Assembly (NCBI GenBank): GCA_018398765.1
Contig: JAHBMJ010000447.1
Location: 1 to 47,846, forward strand
Reading direction: 5' to 3'
From: Chromera velia
Taxonomy: Eukaryota
Length of the DNA: 47,846 nucleotides
The notes under the pieces are model-generated. The model was not told the origin of the DNA and did not search any database. It worked only from the letters and a program-made list of their open reading frames with translations. This document shows positions 1 to 11,400 of the stretch, piece by piece. Positions within the stretch are counted from its first letter, which is position 1, and every line of letters starts with the position of its first letter. The translations under genes were made by a program, and so were the position numbers.

Positions 1-141
1 CCCCCATCACGCCCATGCCAGCACCGCCCCCGCCCATCATGCCTGCGCCACCTCCGACTACCCCCATCACGCCCATACCAGCACCGCCCCCGCCCATCAT
101 GCCTGCGCCACCTCCGACTACCCCCATCACGCCCATGCCAG
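1..141. repeat. 60-bp tandem repeat (about 2.3 copies visible) encoding a 20-aa Gly/Met unit
   Basis: Positions 1-60 and 61-120 differ at one base, and a partial third copy starts at 121. The minus-strand unit is VVGGGAGMMGGGGAGMGVMG. Confidence 0.9.
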
Positions 142-376
142 CGCTGCCCATCATACCTGTGTCAACCCCACCCCCGCCCACCATGCCCATAGCGTCTGAG
201 CCACCTCCAGCCATCATGCCCATCCCACCCCCTGGACCCGCTGACGAGGCAGCACCGACTCCGGAACGACTTGCCACAGGGCCAGACTGGACAGGGATGG
301 GGGCAGGGAAGAGCCCTACCCAGTCAGTTGAACCCACAGCCCACACTTGATTGGGTTTCCAGTAGCCATGGACATA
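1..376 (-). CDS. Gly/Met-rich low-complexity coding exon (partial, runs off the window); probably the 3' part of the SKP1/BTB-like gene
   Basis: A polypyrimidine tract and GCAG acceptor (AG at 378-377) precede the open frame YVHGYWKPNQVWAVGSTDW...GGGMGMMAGGGSDAMG..., which has no stop before position 1. An upstream exon ending ..GQQISQP with a GTGAGT donor at 551 would join it in phase 0. Confidence 0.5.
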
Positions 377-1018
377 CTGCAAAAAAGACGGGAAGGAAGG
401 AAGGAAAAAAAGAGGGAAGAAAGGAAGGAAGGAAGGAAGGAAGGAAGGGAGGAACGGACAAATGCATATCAGCAAAGCAGATCACTACAAAAATGAAATA
501 AGGGAAATCAGGGCGTAATGGCCGGGGTTCAAGGAAAAACTCCCCACTCACTGGTTGACTGATTTGCTGCCCTTGTCTGCTCTGCCCCTCTCCCCTTGAT
601 ACATAGAAAAAATTGCATGGTGGAATGTCCACATCCCGGCCCTGCATTTCCCTTCCACGCCCCGAACGGTGGAATGAGCGATTTCCTCTGATGGAACCGG
701 GATTGACAGCAAAGCTACTTCCTCAACAAAAGAGAGAGCCAGCTGGGGCAAGAGAGAGAGAGAGAATCAGAGGGAGGGTTGCAGAGCGGCATCGCAGGCA
801 GACAAGATGAAGGAAGATACGGCAGAGAGAGAAGTGTGAGGCCAAACTTAAAGGTAGGAAGGAGGCCCTGAGGAAGAAAGCCGACGATTCCTCTGGTTGA
901 GCCAGAGAAAAAATAAAGGAAATAGAATGGCAGAAACGGAAGGAAATCCAGAAAGCTGAGAGATACAGTCAGTGACGCCTTCACTGCTCCTTCTGAGCGA
1001 GAGTCCACACCGACCGAC

Positions 1019-2350
1019 CATCATGCCTATGCAGGAGAACACAAAATCGGCAGCCGACGGCGGTCCCTGCAGTTCCTTCAGCTGCCTCGGAGCCAGAGGG
1101 GGTCCAGGGGGGTCGTCGTCGGTAGTCTCTCCCAGGTGTGCAAAGACTTGAAGGGCATGAGGGGACGTCTCCTGCCGACATGAACACTCATTCACATATG
1201 CAAAAACACACGGGAGACATTCCATAACTCCGTAACAGAACAAAACACTGATTTTGGCAAGAAGGGAGGCAGACAGGCAAGATGGCAGGTAGATACTCAC
1301 TGTCAGTCAGTGAGAAAGGAAGTGAGTAAATGAGTAGGGCAATCAACCTGCCAGGCGTTCTTCGAACCAGCCTGTCAATCAGTCTTTGAGTGGGTGATTC
1401 CCGAAATTGGCTTGTGAGCCTTGTACCAGACAATAAAATCGACGGACAAATTAAGTGGATCGAGACGCGAGGCTGACCAGACAGGCTCCGACTTGAGAGC
1501 ACACAACGACGTCAGACACCACCAGCTCCCTCACCAACGGTGTCTGGAGGCATTCGTCAAAAAGTCGCTGCGTGAAATTGTCAGGGCCTTCCAACCATTT
1601 CTCAGAGATCATCTGCATACACAAACAGACAAATCGGGCGAGAGGTTTACAACCAGTCGTTTTGTTCGTTGTATTTCTGAATCACCATTGTACCAGACTG
1701 AAGCTGAACCACGCTGCGCCTCTTGTCTGTCTTCCCCGGAAGTCCCATTCATTCAGCCAGAGGCCGCTGAACATCGATTCTCTTTGCAGCGCCTGCGAGG
1801 ACAGCCTACGGCAAGGCACGGAAATGATCCAACACTCCCATGCACGCACAGATGCCACTGCGTTGGAAGTCAGGGCGCTTTCGACTTTCATTCTCTGGCC
1901 TCACCACATCCAATTAAGCCTTTGCCTGATGTTTCGGCTTTGCGTACCCACCTTGCACAAGAGGATTTTCAGGACCCCCTGCCGGCACTCCGGCTCTGGC
2001 TGCAGGAAGTCCACAAGCTGCAGCAGTCCGATCGCGTCTCCCTTCTGCGTCTTGTTCAGGTCGGTCACGGCGAGGGTGACGAGTCGGCTGTGGAATCTGT
2101 CGTCAGGCAGGGAGACCAAAGTGGCCACAGGGGACCCTGAGGTCTCTGCGAACCGAACTTTCTGCAAAGAAAGAAATGCAATGGGTCCAAATCAGTTTCA
2201 ATTCCTGAAAAACAACAAGCTGGACCTCGAAGCTTTGCGACTGACGTTTGCGAAGAAGCCATAGAGCTTCACGATGTCGGGAGGCACTGTGATCTCTTCC
2301 CCGTCAGCACACTTCACGGTCAGGGACGACGAAGTCCCACCCTCTGGCAT
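1019..2350 (-). CDS. SKP1/BTB(POZ)-like domain protein, 5' exons
   Basis: Hand-spliced GT-AG exons 2350-2246, 2161-1952, 1612-1478 and 1171-1019 are all phase 0 and give MPEGGTSSSLTVKCADGEEITVPPDIVKLYGFFANKVRF...DAIGLLQLVDFL... The 'TVKCADGEEITV' and 'LLQLVDFL' segments resemble the SKP1/BTB N-terminal strands and the 'LLxAAxYL' helix. Exon structure downstream of 1019 is uncertain. Confidence 0.55.
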
Positions 2351-2860
2351 TCTGAAAACGAGAGAAAACCACGGGGGCTCTCGGGCGTTTCAGTGATTGA
2401 GGCGCCACAGATTTCAGTTCTCTGAAAAGACAAGAAAAGAAATTGTTGACAGCTTTCTGCGCAGACCGTCCAGAGCCCTCTCTCTACCGATTTCGCTCCA
2501 CACAGCGCTCGTCGATATGTCTGCCCGGAAGACTCTGTCGGAACGGTAATATATATACGGACTCAACGTACGGATTTCAACGGTCAATGATGCCAGGAGA
2601 GTCACGAGAGTACTTGTCGATCAAATCTTCGATCATCTTCAATTCATCCTCTTTCTAATCTCCTGCGTGACAAAACACAAAGTTTGTGTATACTCCTGCG
2701 CGCGCCTGCAATACAAGCAGCCATTGAACACAACAAAGAAGAAATGCTTGACTTAGATTATCGCACTGATAGACACACCACGGCCTTTAAATTATGTAGT
2801 GCTGTGCTGTGGAAGCCTTGCGATGTCACGTTCTCTCCTTCCTATCAGGTCTATTGGTAG

Positions 2861-5071
2861 TCAGCGTGGGGTGGACGAGGTCGCGGCATCTCGTCTGAAG
2901 GAGACGGGGAGCGGCTTTTCTGGTTTCCCCCCAACTCTTTGCTTGCCAAGGAGGTCGTGAAGCTGCAGTCACCTGCGTATTCGCAAGGAAATCTGCTCAA
3001 GTTGGCGGGTTTTCTGTGGCTGTACACCCAGTGGAAGTTTTTTTCACCTGTAGCGAAATTCTCTGGGTATGTTGCATTTGTCAATGAGATACGGACAAGT
3101 GTGGGGTTCTGGGAGAAGGCTTTTCTCGTCATCATCCCCTTTTCAAGCTTTCTGAATTCACTTATTTTCGCCTTCTTGATCCTCCTGGATAGAGGGGGAC
3201 TCAGAGCCCTTCCGGTTCTGAGCTACCGGCTCTACAGAGGCCTGCAGGCGCTGGCTAAAGGGGGGCAGAGATTGACGGGGGTTCTGATTGGCGTGGTCTT
3301 TCTGCTCAGTATCCCCGGGTTCTTTTGCGCCCGTTCAGCTTACCAAAAAGCCAGAGACCAGTTCCCGTACCCATGCAAACTGGCGCCCCCGGATAATATC
3401 TTTGACACTCACAGTGGCTGGGAGTCACAGTCGACCAATGGAACGACTGTTACAGAGCTTGACGCAGAAGCAGAAGAAGAAGGCTCGTTGCACGCGGCTT
3501 GTAACTTTACCACTTCCATGAGGATAGAAATGTGCTTCTGGGCTCTTTTCTCGCTAGTGCTTCTGGTATTCATGTTGTGGAGCAAAATCTGTTCGCAGAG
3601 TACCGAGACCCGGACTTGTCCTGTGTCTCACCGGCAGCTGCAAATGGCAGGAGCAGAAGGGGGCGCGACGGAGGGTGAGGGAGAGAGGGAGGCCGAAGTT
3701 AAAGTTTTGAGGAGGCCGAGACCAGGCCCGTCCGTGTCTCCCTTGAATCCCACAGAGGTGCAGATCCTGCGAGATTGGCAGTCAGGGGACACTAGACCGG
3801 GTGGCAGCGCAGTGGAGGGCATGTGTTAAATTTGCGGAAAGAAAGAAAAGGAAAGAGGAGAATGCATCTTCTTGCTGCCGATGCTGCTCGTGCTGTTGCA
3901 GCCGGACATGCTCGCGGTGGTTTTGTCTTTGCTGCTGTTTGCTTGCCTTCTGTAAACTGGTGCAGAGGGGCATTGATGATGCATTCAGAATTGCAGCTAG
4001 TCAACAGGTAAGCTTGTTTGCCTGCATCTCCGCTTTCTCTGTCACCTCAGCTTCATTGATTGTGCTCAATGTAGACAAGCCCTACTCTGTTCCAATTTTC
4101 TTTAAATTGATGCTTAGTGGTCTTGTATATTTTCGGATGTTTGAGGGGGTGGTCTGATTTTGACTTCAATTATGTGTTTCTTTTCACATGGCCTGCAGAG
4201 ATGGTCAGAGGAGGACGCTTCCACTTTTCTCGTTCTAATCGTTCTCTACCCACTATACTTGCCTGTGTTTAACTCCACCCATTTGTTCATTTTACGTTTG
4301 TTTCATGTCTGTGATCTGCAGGAGCCCTGGATAGAAGAGGAACCTCCTGAGCTTTTTGAGGAGGAAGAGGAAAGAGGCGGGGGAGGTGGAGTGAGCGCGG
4401 GTCCCCTGTCTGTTGTTGTCTCCTTCGACGTGCTTTTGAATCTCCTGAAAGGGCTTGAGGCGGGGGAGCTCCGGTGGCATGAGGAGACGCTCTTCGAAGA
4501 GGGTGTGGCAACGGGAGCAGAAGGGGGAGGCACGGAGGGTGTAAGGGCGGAAATCCGAGAGGCAGAGGCCGGCAGCCCCTCCTACTCGCTCTTCCTCCAC
4601 CTGACCACGGGACCGACCCGTTGTTGCCACGTGTGCAAGGGCCGCTTCTGCAGGAGTAGGGGGAAGGGGGCGGCAGAGGCCCACGATGTAATACAGATGC
4701 AGGAATTAGGTGGCCAGACAGAGGAGTCCAACGCGGTGGAAGAAGGTTCTGATCCGATTGTTCGGGTTCAGTCAGTCTCCGCCGGGAGGGAGTCGTCCCA
4801 GACAGAGGCTGAAGCTGACTCTGCAGCCGAGTTTGACTCAGAGGTTGATCCTGTCAGTCAGGGGGGTGGGCGGGTGGGGGGGAGGGACCCCGACTCCGGG
4901 TTGCTTGTTCGGATGGCGTGCTGCAGTGTGATCCTCCACAGGAAGTGCATGGTTTTGGAGTTGTCGCATGTGGCTGTGTGCCCCTCCTGCAATGCCCCCA
5001 TAAGGCTAGTTGCACAGCATCTGGAGTGGTACAGGCAACTCTCTCCGTTCCTCGATGTGAGAGTCGTATAA
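2861..5071 (+). CDS. Putative multi-pass membrane protein with a Cys-rich segment and a C-terminal RING-like zinc finger (possible E3 ligase); the start codon and one frame change are unresolved
   Basis: An open frame 2861-3829 has several hydrophobic helices. A second frame from about 3747 carries SSCCRCCSCCC...CLCCC and ends at a GTAAGC donor near 4007. After a CTGCAG acceptor near 4198 the frame runs to the stop at 5071 and contains CHVC...CCSVILHRKC...CPSC. The frame shift near 3750-3800 needs an unidentified intron or a lesion. Confidence 0.5.
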
Positions 5072-5267
5072 AGAGAGGGATACGATCGGATATAAGTTTA
5101 CCGAGATGTGTTTTGACGCAAAATTTCTGTGCTGTTACATGTGAACCTACATGAGCTCCGATGCACTTGTGTGGAATGTTGTGAATGAACGCGAGGTTGT
5201 GAGTGGATTGTCGTTCGACGTTTGATCTAGCACCTACCCTACCCTGTACCCTGACTATCCGAACCAG

Positions 5268-5738
5268 ATGCCCATCCCACACTCCTTCTCGTCCCAAGCC
5301 ACTGCACATATCCAGGCAGCTATGAACGCAGATACCCTGACTGAGGAGGGAGTCGCAGCATGGAGAGAGAACCTCTCAGAGGTCACCACACCAACCACAA
5401 CAACAAACAGCGAGACCAAAAAAGAGGAGACTCACCGATATAACCCCTTCGCCCCGCAGTCTCCTCATCCAGTCTTCCAGCAACCTGACATCAACCCTGA
5501 CGTGCTTCCGCATGTCATCAAGCAGGAAGATATCAAACAGGAGGAAGTGGCAGCCCAGAAAAAAGTAAAGAGAGTAGTTATCAAGGGAAGAGAGAGACTC
5601 GTGGAGAGCATCGAGGACAAAGTTCAGAGGAGGAAGAACCCCGCTTACAGATGTATTCGATACCCAGTGGACTCTCGAACCTGGGCGGTGACCAAGGTGA
5701 AAGTCACGATGGAGAGAATTGGGCGCGCCGAACAGTGA
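5268..5738 (+). CDS. Hypothetical intronless protein (156 aa, or 138 aa from the ATG at 5322)
   Basis: The ORF is not repetitive, has a protein-like charged composition and is followed directly by a T-tract and AT-rich sequence. No recognisable domain. Confidence 0.45.
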   Translation: MPIPHSFSSQATAHIQAAMNADTLTEEGVAAWRENLSEVTTPTTTTNSETKKEETHRYNPFAPQSPHPVFQQPDINPDVLPHVIKQEDIKQEEVAAQKKVKRVVIKGRERLVESIEDKVQRRKNPAYRCIRYPVDSRTWAVTKVKVTMERIGRAEQ

Positions 5739-6815
5739 ATTTTTTTTTTTCCCTCGCGGTCGCGCGATCTCGAGTGCTTTGCGGGGCCGCGCGCGCTCAT
5801 AATTAAGATGTTGCGATGATGCATGCATGCATTACGATGAGGTACGATAAAATATACGTCGCAATATTGCTCTGAGTGTTACTCTATGATGATGTGCTGC
5901 GATGCTCCGGTGGTGCATGGATCGCTAATTGGATTAAATGTGCGGCTTCCCTCATGATTTAGCTCGATTAATCCGTTCGATGAGTCTGTGAAGTCCACAT
6001 GTCAGTGCGTGAATTGTATATGGTGTGTGCATGTGCATAACCAATGTGCGAGAGTGTTTATGAATACGTTACGGTATTACTACATGCATGCGGTGCTGAA
6101 AAAAAAAAAGAATGGTTATAGGAACATACGATCTGAAACAGTCTTTGAAGTACAAAAAAAAAAAAATATACACACAACCTTAAGAATCGGTGAAGCATCA
6201 AAAATGTCAAATTTTTTTTTTTACGACCGTACTGAACTCTATATAGTATTAATTGCCTAGAAAGGAGCGAATGCTATGAATGCTATGTGATTATATCATA
6301 TATGAATCGAGCGTGGAATCTCGATCTTAGAAAGGGGTGAATGCTATGCGCTATCAAAGCGTAACTAGAAAGAAAATGAGAATTAAATAAATTGACTTAA
6401 TCGAAAATAGTGCTAAGCAAAAGAGAATGGTGTGTATCGCTTACGTTCATGACTTAGTGGTTAACATACAACATTAACAAACAGAAGATCATAGGTTCAA
6501 TCTTCGCTACCTGCCTTTTTAAGGATCAACAAGAAAAGAGACGAGACGTTAACGTCCTGTACTATACAGATTTTGGCCTGTCGTATTTCGATCGAAATCA
6601 CATGAAAGACTTCCGAAAGACTTTCTAGAAGACTACTATGAAAGCCGATCGATCGCCGAATCGCAACAAAGCTCCATACTCCTGACATCGATCGAGTTTG
6701 TCACTGGAGATCGACCTGAACCACTCTAGCGACATCCGGCGACATCAAGCCCTGAAGACCCTTGAACCTCTGCAAGCACTCACTAGCGCCAACCCCTCTA
6801 AGTAGACCTTAACAG

Positions 6816-7278
6816 CACAGTGGTTTAAAAAAAAAAAAATAGACCTTTCCAGATTTTTTTTTCTTTTCTTTTTTTCTACGAAGGATTTCCTAGAGCACCT
6901 CTAGGAGCACCTAGAAGAGCACCTTTTAGAAGTACTTTTAAACTAACTTCCTTGCGAACTTATTACTTAACTCAAAGTTTTAAACATCTTTCAACCCTAC
7001 TTTCAACCCTAGTTCTAGTCCTAGTTGTTATTGTACGTTTGTCTCTACTAGTGTCTTCAGCATTCCATCATCGACTTTGTTGAACACGGACCAACCGATC
7101 TTTTTTCCCTTGTTCAACTACACTGTCACCTAAAAATTATTTAACCAACTGCTAGTCATTTAACCTTGTTCAACCGCTAGTCATTTAACCTTTATTTTTT
7201 TTTACATATACAATAAAATTTTAAATAATAATAAAAAAAAGAATAAACGTTTTCAGATTTTTTTTTTTTACCACTGTG
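6816..7278. mobile_element. Non-autonomous DNA-transposon-like element (MITE) with CACAGTGGT-A-tract terminal inverted repeats
   Basis: The left end at 6816 reads CACAGTGGTTT(A)13T. The reverse complement of the right end at 7278 reads CACAGTGGT(A)12T. The interior is AT-rich and non-coding with short direct repeats (GAGCACC x3; GCTAGTCATTTAACCTT x2). No target-site duplication (TSD) was found. Confidence 0.5.
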
Positions 7279-8177
7279 CGTCGCCTAGATATATACAACC
7301 CTAGATACAACCCTCATAAACACCGCCGCAGCGACTAATTATATGTATTATATAAAAATTTTCTACTATCAGACTACTGATCAAACCTATTGTAGAAAGA
7401 ACTCCTAGTCTAGGAAGAACGAAAAAATAAATAAAGATATGCAATTTAAGAAAGTTTAGGCCTAAGTTTTGACTGCATATATATGGATTTGTATAATAAG
7501 TATATACTAGTAACGACATTAACGATTCAAGTTGACCAATAAGTGTTTTCCAAGTCGATTACATTTCACTGCATGTCTTTAATCACGCAAATGCGTGTAT
7601 CACCCCACCTTTCACCTCGTTCCCAGTTTCCTGAGGCATTTTCCCCTTTGAACCCTTCGGTCCCTTCCCCCCTCCCCTATAAAGTTGACCCCACTGACTC
7701 AAAACTGAACAGCTGCCGGGTCTGTTCCGTCTAGGAAAATCACCATCGCACCTCCCCTGTACGTCTCCCTGTACCCAACCCCGCCTGCATGTAGACCTCT
7801 GCATGAGACGCACCCGAACAGGAAGACGCGAGACAACCAAGCCAGTAAGCCTTTCTCTCCCTCCCTCCTTGCATGCAGAAGCCTTTGAAGGCCACATGCA
7901 GCCTGCCTGCTACGCTCGACCCATCGACCCGCAGGGCCAGCCAGCCCAGGACTACCTCATGGCCCAATCATGCAAGCTCCCTTCAGTGAACAAACCAGGT
8001 GCTTCTGCCTCGCTTGCCCCACCCTCATTAGACAGACTTTTCTTCCTTCTTCATTTTTTTTCTTCTCTGCGTTAAAAATTCCTGCACAACTTCAAGCACC
8101 CTTTGCTTTCTTTCGGAAAGGGTTCTTCTCTCTTTCAATTTTGCTTCCTCATGCACAGATGAATCGTCCGTTCCTCA

Positions 8178-8372
8178 TCATAGAACGAAGAAGAGTTCCG
8201 TTCTCTTGTACGACCGCTGTTTCATTTTCCGAATCTCGTCAAGTTGCAATTCTTCAGGCAGCCCCTGCAGCATGATCTCGTGGTCGGGTGGGAGCTTCGG
8301 GAAGAAGGCCACCAACGCGTCCTGGTGCCCTATGTAGATCTGGTTGTAGATGCGCCAGTAGACCTCCCGAAT

Positions 8373-8439
<67 letters not shown>

Positions 8440-11400
8440 CGTACATTCATCATATTCAGCAAATGAGAAACAAGAGTTCAAACGGGAACACAGACTACCC
8501 AAAAGGCCAAGACACGAAACAGAGAGGGTCAGCCGGATACAGAGAGAATGGTCGTAGAATACTGCCTTCACGCCACAAAACTCGAAGACTGCCGTTCGGG
8601 GGCCCAAAGAGAGAAAGAACATACTACTCAATTCCCTCACACACGGCCCACTGACCCTCCTTGCAGGGTGCCACAGTCCCCTCATCACATAGTTCAGCAT
8701 CACACCCGCCCCCAGGGACACGCGGAACCCGTCCACTGCATCGAACACGGCCTGCAGAGAGAGAAACAAACAAACAGACAGACGGATGAAGAAAAAAAAG
8801 TCCGGCAGTCGATTGGTCGGTCGGGCAGGTCGGAAAAGAAAAAGATTTTTGGGGGGAAGACTTGAGGGACCCAGAGAGGAAAGCTAGGCGGAAAGAAGAA
8901 GACTTGGACATCTCCCGTCGAGATTCGGAGGTGGGGGGCAAAAAGACCGCCATGAAGAACAAACACGGGAAGGCAGACAACAGAGCGGGCAGGCAGAGAA
9001 GGAAAAGGAGAGGCAGGCAGACTGCAGACCTGAATGAGGTGGGGAGAATTCTCGAAGATGTTCGGCCAAACAAAGTTCAGGAGATGTTGCAGAACCTCCT
9101 CGCACCCTAGTCCCTGGACCCCCAGGGCCAAGTGTTTGCACGCCCACGTTGCGGTCTGTCGGTGCACCAGGTCGCGGTCTGTCAGGGCATCCTCGAGTAC
9201 AGGGACGGCTGTATACACATAGTCCTGCAGCCAGACAAAGAAACAGAGGGGGTTCATTGAAGATCTTTTGGCCTCGACAAAAGCATGTATGGACAAATAC
9301 GAACCCAACAGATACCAGGAGGAGACAAGGAAGCGGCGGGAAGCAAGCAGAGGTATACCATGCTATTCTTGATGGCTTATAAACTGAGAGAGACGCCCTC
9401 ACTCATTTGCTGTCTGCCCGACTGACTGACCTTCCCCATTTCCCCGATGTACTCAAACATGAAGGAGAGGGACTTCAAAACTCCATTCCGAACGTTCAAC
9501 TCCGGCACCTTATACTCCTGCATCAGGGCAGGCAGCACCGTGTACGGCCCGCACGTCTCCGCCACGATCGCGATCGCCACCGTCGTGCACACACGGAGCT
9601 GTCGCTCTTGGACCTGCAGGGGAGAGGCAAGGAAGCAAGAAAGCCAGTTATTCATTTCAAGAATCTTCACAACGGTCTGAGTCCTGTGCAGGCGTATGAG
9701 AGTGTATTTTGGGCAAATCGGTGGTTCTTGCAAGGAGGATGGGAAGAAACGCATGGAAAATAGTGGAGGGAAAGGAGGGAAAATCTGATTCTGCGGGAGT
9801 GAAAAGACGAGAGAAGGAAAAACTGGAAACCCCAACAGTTCCAGGATAGGTGAAACAGACAACATCCGAAAACCTGCTCGGTGTCTTCTTCGCTTGAGGA
9901 CACGCAAAAGAAAATTCAAAGTAATGCACACGTCCTGCCTGTCTGACCTTCAAGTTATTCAACAGTGTCGCGATGACGTCATGGGGTCCGATGGCTTTGG
10001 CAATGTACCCGAAGGTGTTCACTGTGGCCCTGCGGATTGCCTTCTTGTGGGCCTGCAGGGAGGCAGGGGAACGGAAGCGAAGGGAAGGGAGAAAGAGAGC
10101 GGTGTAGCGAGAAACGTGACGGGGCATTTAAATACAGAGCAGAAAGGCGTGTTTCGCTGTCCTGCTGCCCGGCAAATGGACTCGAACAAAAAAGTGAAAG
10201 AGCCGAGACAAAGTCCAGCTGCTGGTCGAGTGTACGAAGAGAGAGAGAGAGAGAGAGAAGTAAAGGAAAGATGAGAGGTCAGGCGACTTTTTTTTGACTC
10301 TTCCTTCGCACCAATTAGAGACAGACCTTAAGGAGTTCGAGGAGTTCGAAGCAGATGCGGTCCCATTCTTTGGGAGAGATCATGTCTGCCCCCCTGTCTG
10401 CGATTCTCCCAACCAGATCGATGCAGTTCTCCTGCACCTTCTCGTGCCTGTTCTTCAAGATCGGGGTCAGTCTTGGGAGCAAGTCCTTGATGGGAGGCTG
10501 CATGTTCTGCATCCCGATCACGTTCACGATTCCCTTCAGGGCACCCAGAATGGACCCGAGCACCTGAACGGAGAGAAAGGAAGCGAGGGAGGGAAGGAAA
10601 AAAAAAATGTACCTGCACATCTACTTGACAGGCAACAGATGAAAGGGTTGGAGGACCTTGCTTCTTTCTTTGTCTACGCTGCACCCCAACATTCTCAGCC
10701 GGGAGGTCCAACGGAAGGCACTACCCCCCCCCCACCTTCCGACTCGCTGCACAGACCCCTGTTTACACATTCTAAATCGACAACAAATAATCAGCGGACC
10801 GAGCACAAATGTACACAAACCCGACCCTCCCTGCCTGCCTACTGACGCACGCACCTCAGGATACTCCTCCCCCAGGTATTCGTACAAGAAGAGACCCAAG
10901 TTCGCCAACAGCGTCTCCTCCTCGCACAGCTTCATCACCCCAGCAAGTCGAGCAACCAGGTCGGCTGCCTGCTGTCTCACACGCGCATTCGGCACGTTGA
11001 GGCGCCACCTGACCATCCCGCCAATCTGGGGCAGGTACGGCTTCACGCGTCTCCCGAGGCAATTCACGATGGTGCCGAAACCGTTCAGCATCACAGACGT
11101 GTCGTCGCTTGACTGCACGACCGGTCACATGGAAGGAACACAACACGAGGTCATCTATGCCAAGAAAACCGCGCGTGAATAGAAAGAAAGCGGGCGTCTC
11201 CCTCGCTGTTTCCCTCGAGGATAAAAAACCAGCAAGCTGTCAGCCAGAAAGCCGAATTGAAAAGATGATTGGATAGAATGGCAGAGAGGAAGACAAACAC
11301 TCGGTCACGACGTGCAGCCAGCAACCGTTTCCGACAGACTGAAAGACTGCCTATCTCTCTCCCTCACTCACTCACTCCCTGACCTGTTCCTGGAATGCGT

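Noticed and set aside
15..350. Plus-strand Pro-rich ORF (MPAPPPPIMP...)
   Set aside because: Most likely the antisense shadow of the Gly/Met-rich minus-strand exon, which has a proper splice acceptor and upstream exons.
1421..2264. Two plus-strand ORFs of 230-239 aa
   Set aside because: They overlap the spliced minus-strand BTB-like exons and show no motif, so they are treated as antisense shadows.
7803..8075. Plus-strand ORF with a GTAAGC...GCAG pair downstream of SF3B1
   Set aside because: The implied intron is only about 35 nt and there is no recognisable product. Likely 3' UTR or intergenic sequence.
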